Shown here one piece after another: positions 62,776-64,000 of a DNA stretch of 64,000 bases (position 1 is the first letter of the stretch; each line of letters starts with the position of its first letter). The translations under genes and the position numbers were made by a program. The notes under the pieces are model-generated. The model was not told where the DNA came from. It worked only from the letters and a program-made list of their open reading frames with translations, and did not search any database. Origin of the DNA: Gammaproteobacteria bacterium (GTDB lineage Bacteria; Pseudomonadota; Gammaproteobacteria; Pseudomonadales; Azotimanducaceae); contig JANNBJ010000123.1 of assembly GCA_031385325.1 (NCBI GenBank), forward strand, positions 6,771-70,770, read 5' to 3'.

Positions 62776-63426
62776 ATGACTAGTTCGCCCCCAGGGTCAC
62801 AAAGACTCATCCTGTTGAACGGCTCCTCAAGCGCCGGAAAAACCACACTCGCCCTGAAACTTCAGCAATTGCTGGCCGAGCCTTTCCAGCACATCGCGCT
62901 TGATCAGTTTCGCGACGGCATGGCCGGTCGCTTTCGCGGATTCAATTCGCCACCCGAAAGCCCAGGCGGTCTCGGGCTCAATATCGTGCCAATGGATTCC
63001 GACGAGGGTCGCCTGACCCATATCCAGTTCGGTAGCGCTGGCGAGCAGATGTTACGAGGCATGCGTCGGGCAATCGCTGCGTTTGCGCTCGCTGGCAACA
63101 ACGTCATCATCGATGACCTGCTTTTCAAACGCGCTTACCTGATCGACTATGTCGAAGCGCTGGCCGGTCTGGATACCTGGTTTATCGGCGTGCGTTGCAG
63201 CCGCGATGTCGTGCAGGAACGCGAAGGCAAACGGATGGGTAGATTTCCTGGAACAGCGATTTCCCATTTCAAGCAGGTGCACGCACATGGCGCCGCTTAT
63301 GATCTTGAAGTTGATACGTCAGCCACTTCTCCGCGCCATTGCGCTGAAGCCATCATCGCGCGATTGCAGCGAGCGCCAGAGAGTTTTCCTTGTCTTGCCC
63401 GTTCTATTGCTTCAAGCGGATTGTAA
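62776..63426 (+). CDS. Chloramphenicol-phosphotransferase-like (CPT family) P-loop kinase
   Basis: LILLNGSSSAGKTTLALKLQ is the Walker A motif. The size of about 216 aa and DDLLF..AYLIDY fit the family. Trimmed to the ATG at 62776. Confidence 0.75.
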   Translation: MTSSPPGSQRLILLNGSSSAGKTTLALKLQQLLAEPFQHIALDQFRDGMAGRFRGFNSPPESPGGLGLNIVPMDSDEGRLTHIQFGSAGEQMLRGMRRAIAAFALAGNNVIIDDLLFKRAYLIDYVEALAGLDTWFIGVRCSRDVVQEREGKRMGRFPGTAISHFKQVHAHGAAYDLEVDTSATSPRHCAEAIIARLQRAPESFPCLARSIASSGL

Positions 63427-64000
63427 TTTCAGACGAGCCTCGATCAGGGGCAAACGATCGTTGCCGAAGTACATGTCCGTATCATCGATGAAAAAGGTTG
63501 GTGATCCGAATCCGCCACGTTTGATCAGCTCTTCGGTATTGGCTCGCAGACGGTCCTTGTAGGGCGCACTGTCGATCGCCGAAAAGAACTGTTCAACGTT
63601 GAGACCCAGGTTCGCAACGATTGGCGCGATGGTCTCGGATTGGGAGATGTCCTTGAGTTCTCGCCAGTAGGCGGAAAAAAACGCCCGTGCATACGGCACC
63701 AGGCAATCCTGCTCGAGAGCAAAAAAAGCACCGCGCATGACCTTGACCGAATTGACGGGAAACACTGGCGGGTTACCGATTTCAACGCCGACATACCTCG
63801 CCCAATCCTGCAGATCCTTGGTGTAGTACTTCTGCTTCGCAGGGACCGGTTTTTCACGATTCTGGTACACACTCGGATTGACCGTGTTGAAAACCCCACC
63901 CACCAGAAACGGTCGATACACCACCTGACAAGACAAGCGTGGCAGGATTTGTTGCAGGGATTCAAAACCCAGCCACGTCCATGGACTCGAGCAGTCAAAG
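63412..64000 (-). CDS. 2-hydroxychromene-2-carboxylate isomerase / DsbA-like thioredoxin-fold protein; the 5' end lies beyond the window
   Basis: The reading frame is open to position 64000 (FDCSSPWTWLGFESL...). The C-terminal GGFGSPTFFIDDTDMYFGNDRL is typical of the HCCA isomerase family. Confidence 0.8.
   Translation of the reverse strand, partial: FDCSSPWTWLGFESLQQILPRLSCQVVYRPFLVGGVFNTVNPSVYQNREKPVPAKQKYYTKDLQDWARYVGVEIGNPPVFPVNSVKVMRGAFFALEQDCLVPYARAFFSAYWRELKDISQSETIAPIVANLGLNVEQFFSAIDSAPYKDRLRANTEELIKRGGFGSPTFFIDDTDMYFGNDRLPLIEARLKLQSA

Overview
This is a gene-dense 64-kb chromosomal segment with about 57 protein genes called. I recognised no rRNA, tRNA, CRISPR array, transposase or integrase. 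The gene content suggests an aerobic, possibly marine gammaproteobacterium, but that is inference only and no composition statistics were computed.

Layout:
1. 1-3962 (minus): ECF sigma, FecR-type anti-sigma and an STN-domain TonB-dependent transducer. The receptor runs off the left edge.
2. 4077-11720 (plus): type II secretion genes gspE-F-G-H-I-J-K-L-M with no gspC or gspD in cis. A short DUF1631-like ORF and a convergent pair of secreted hypotheticals follow.
3. 14076-40493: a roughly 26-kb exopolysaccharide (EPS) locus, almost all on the minus strand. It holds wecB, a kinase-less chain-length determinant, two priming sugar-phosphate transferases, a MOP flippase, an O-antigen-ligase/polymerase-like protein and a WecG/TagA GT26 transferase. 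Tailoring genes include an AsnB-type amidotransferase, two deacetylase-like genes, two sulfotransferases and a tightly coupled six-gene cassette. The cassette comprises an ACP, an ACAD-like flavoenzyme, a DUF1839-like protein, a GH2-like protein, a double alpha/beta-fold protein and an A-domain ligase.
4. 40606-48574: a CoA-thioester catabolic block with two ACADs, an MFS transporter, an LLM oxidoreductase, a thiolase and an HMGCS-like::DUF35 fusion.
5. hemF, then a stand-alone single-module NRPS (C-A-T-TE, 49825-53766).
6. 53796-64000: mixed housekeeping genes plus an unusual operon in which two EntD-type phosphopantetheinyl transferases flank a nupC-type nucleoside transporter.

The best candidate for something undescribed is the carrier-protein acylation cassette inside an EPS locus that has exosortase-A/PEP-CTERM-type markers. 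That locus shows no exosortase, no exporter, no BY-kinase and no GT-A/GT-B glycosyltransferase in the window.

Non-coding observations include a 186-bp rod-like palindrome (62535-62720), a possible anti-SD/SD pairing upstream of a small lipoprotein gene, a 16-bp AT palindrome at the EPS promoter and a perfect 16-nt tandem duplication.

The supplied ORF track takes the longest ATG/GTG/TTG ORF, so I trimmed many starts using signal peptides, SD sequences and stop/start coupling. All family assignments rest on motif recognition by eye, not on database searches.
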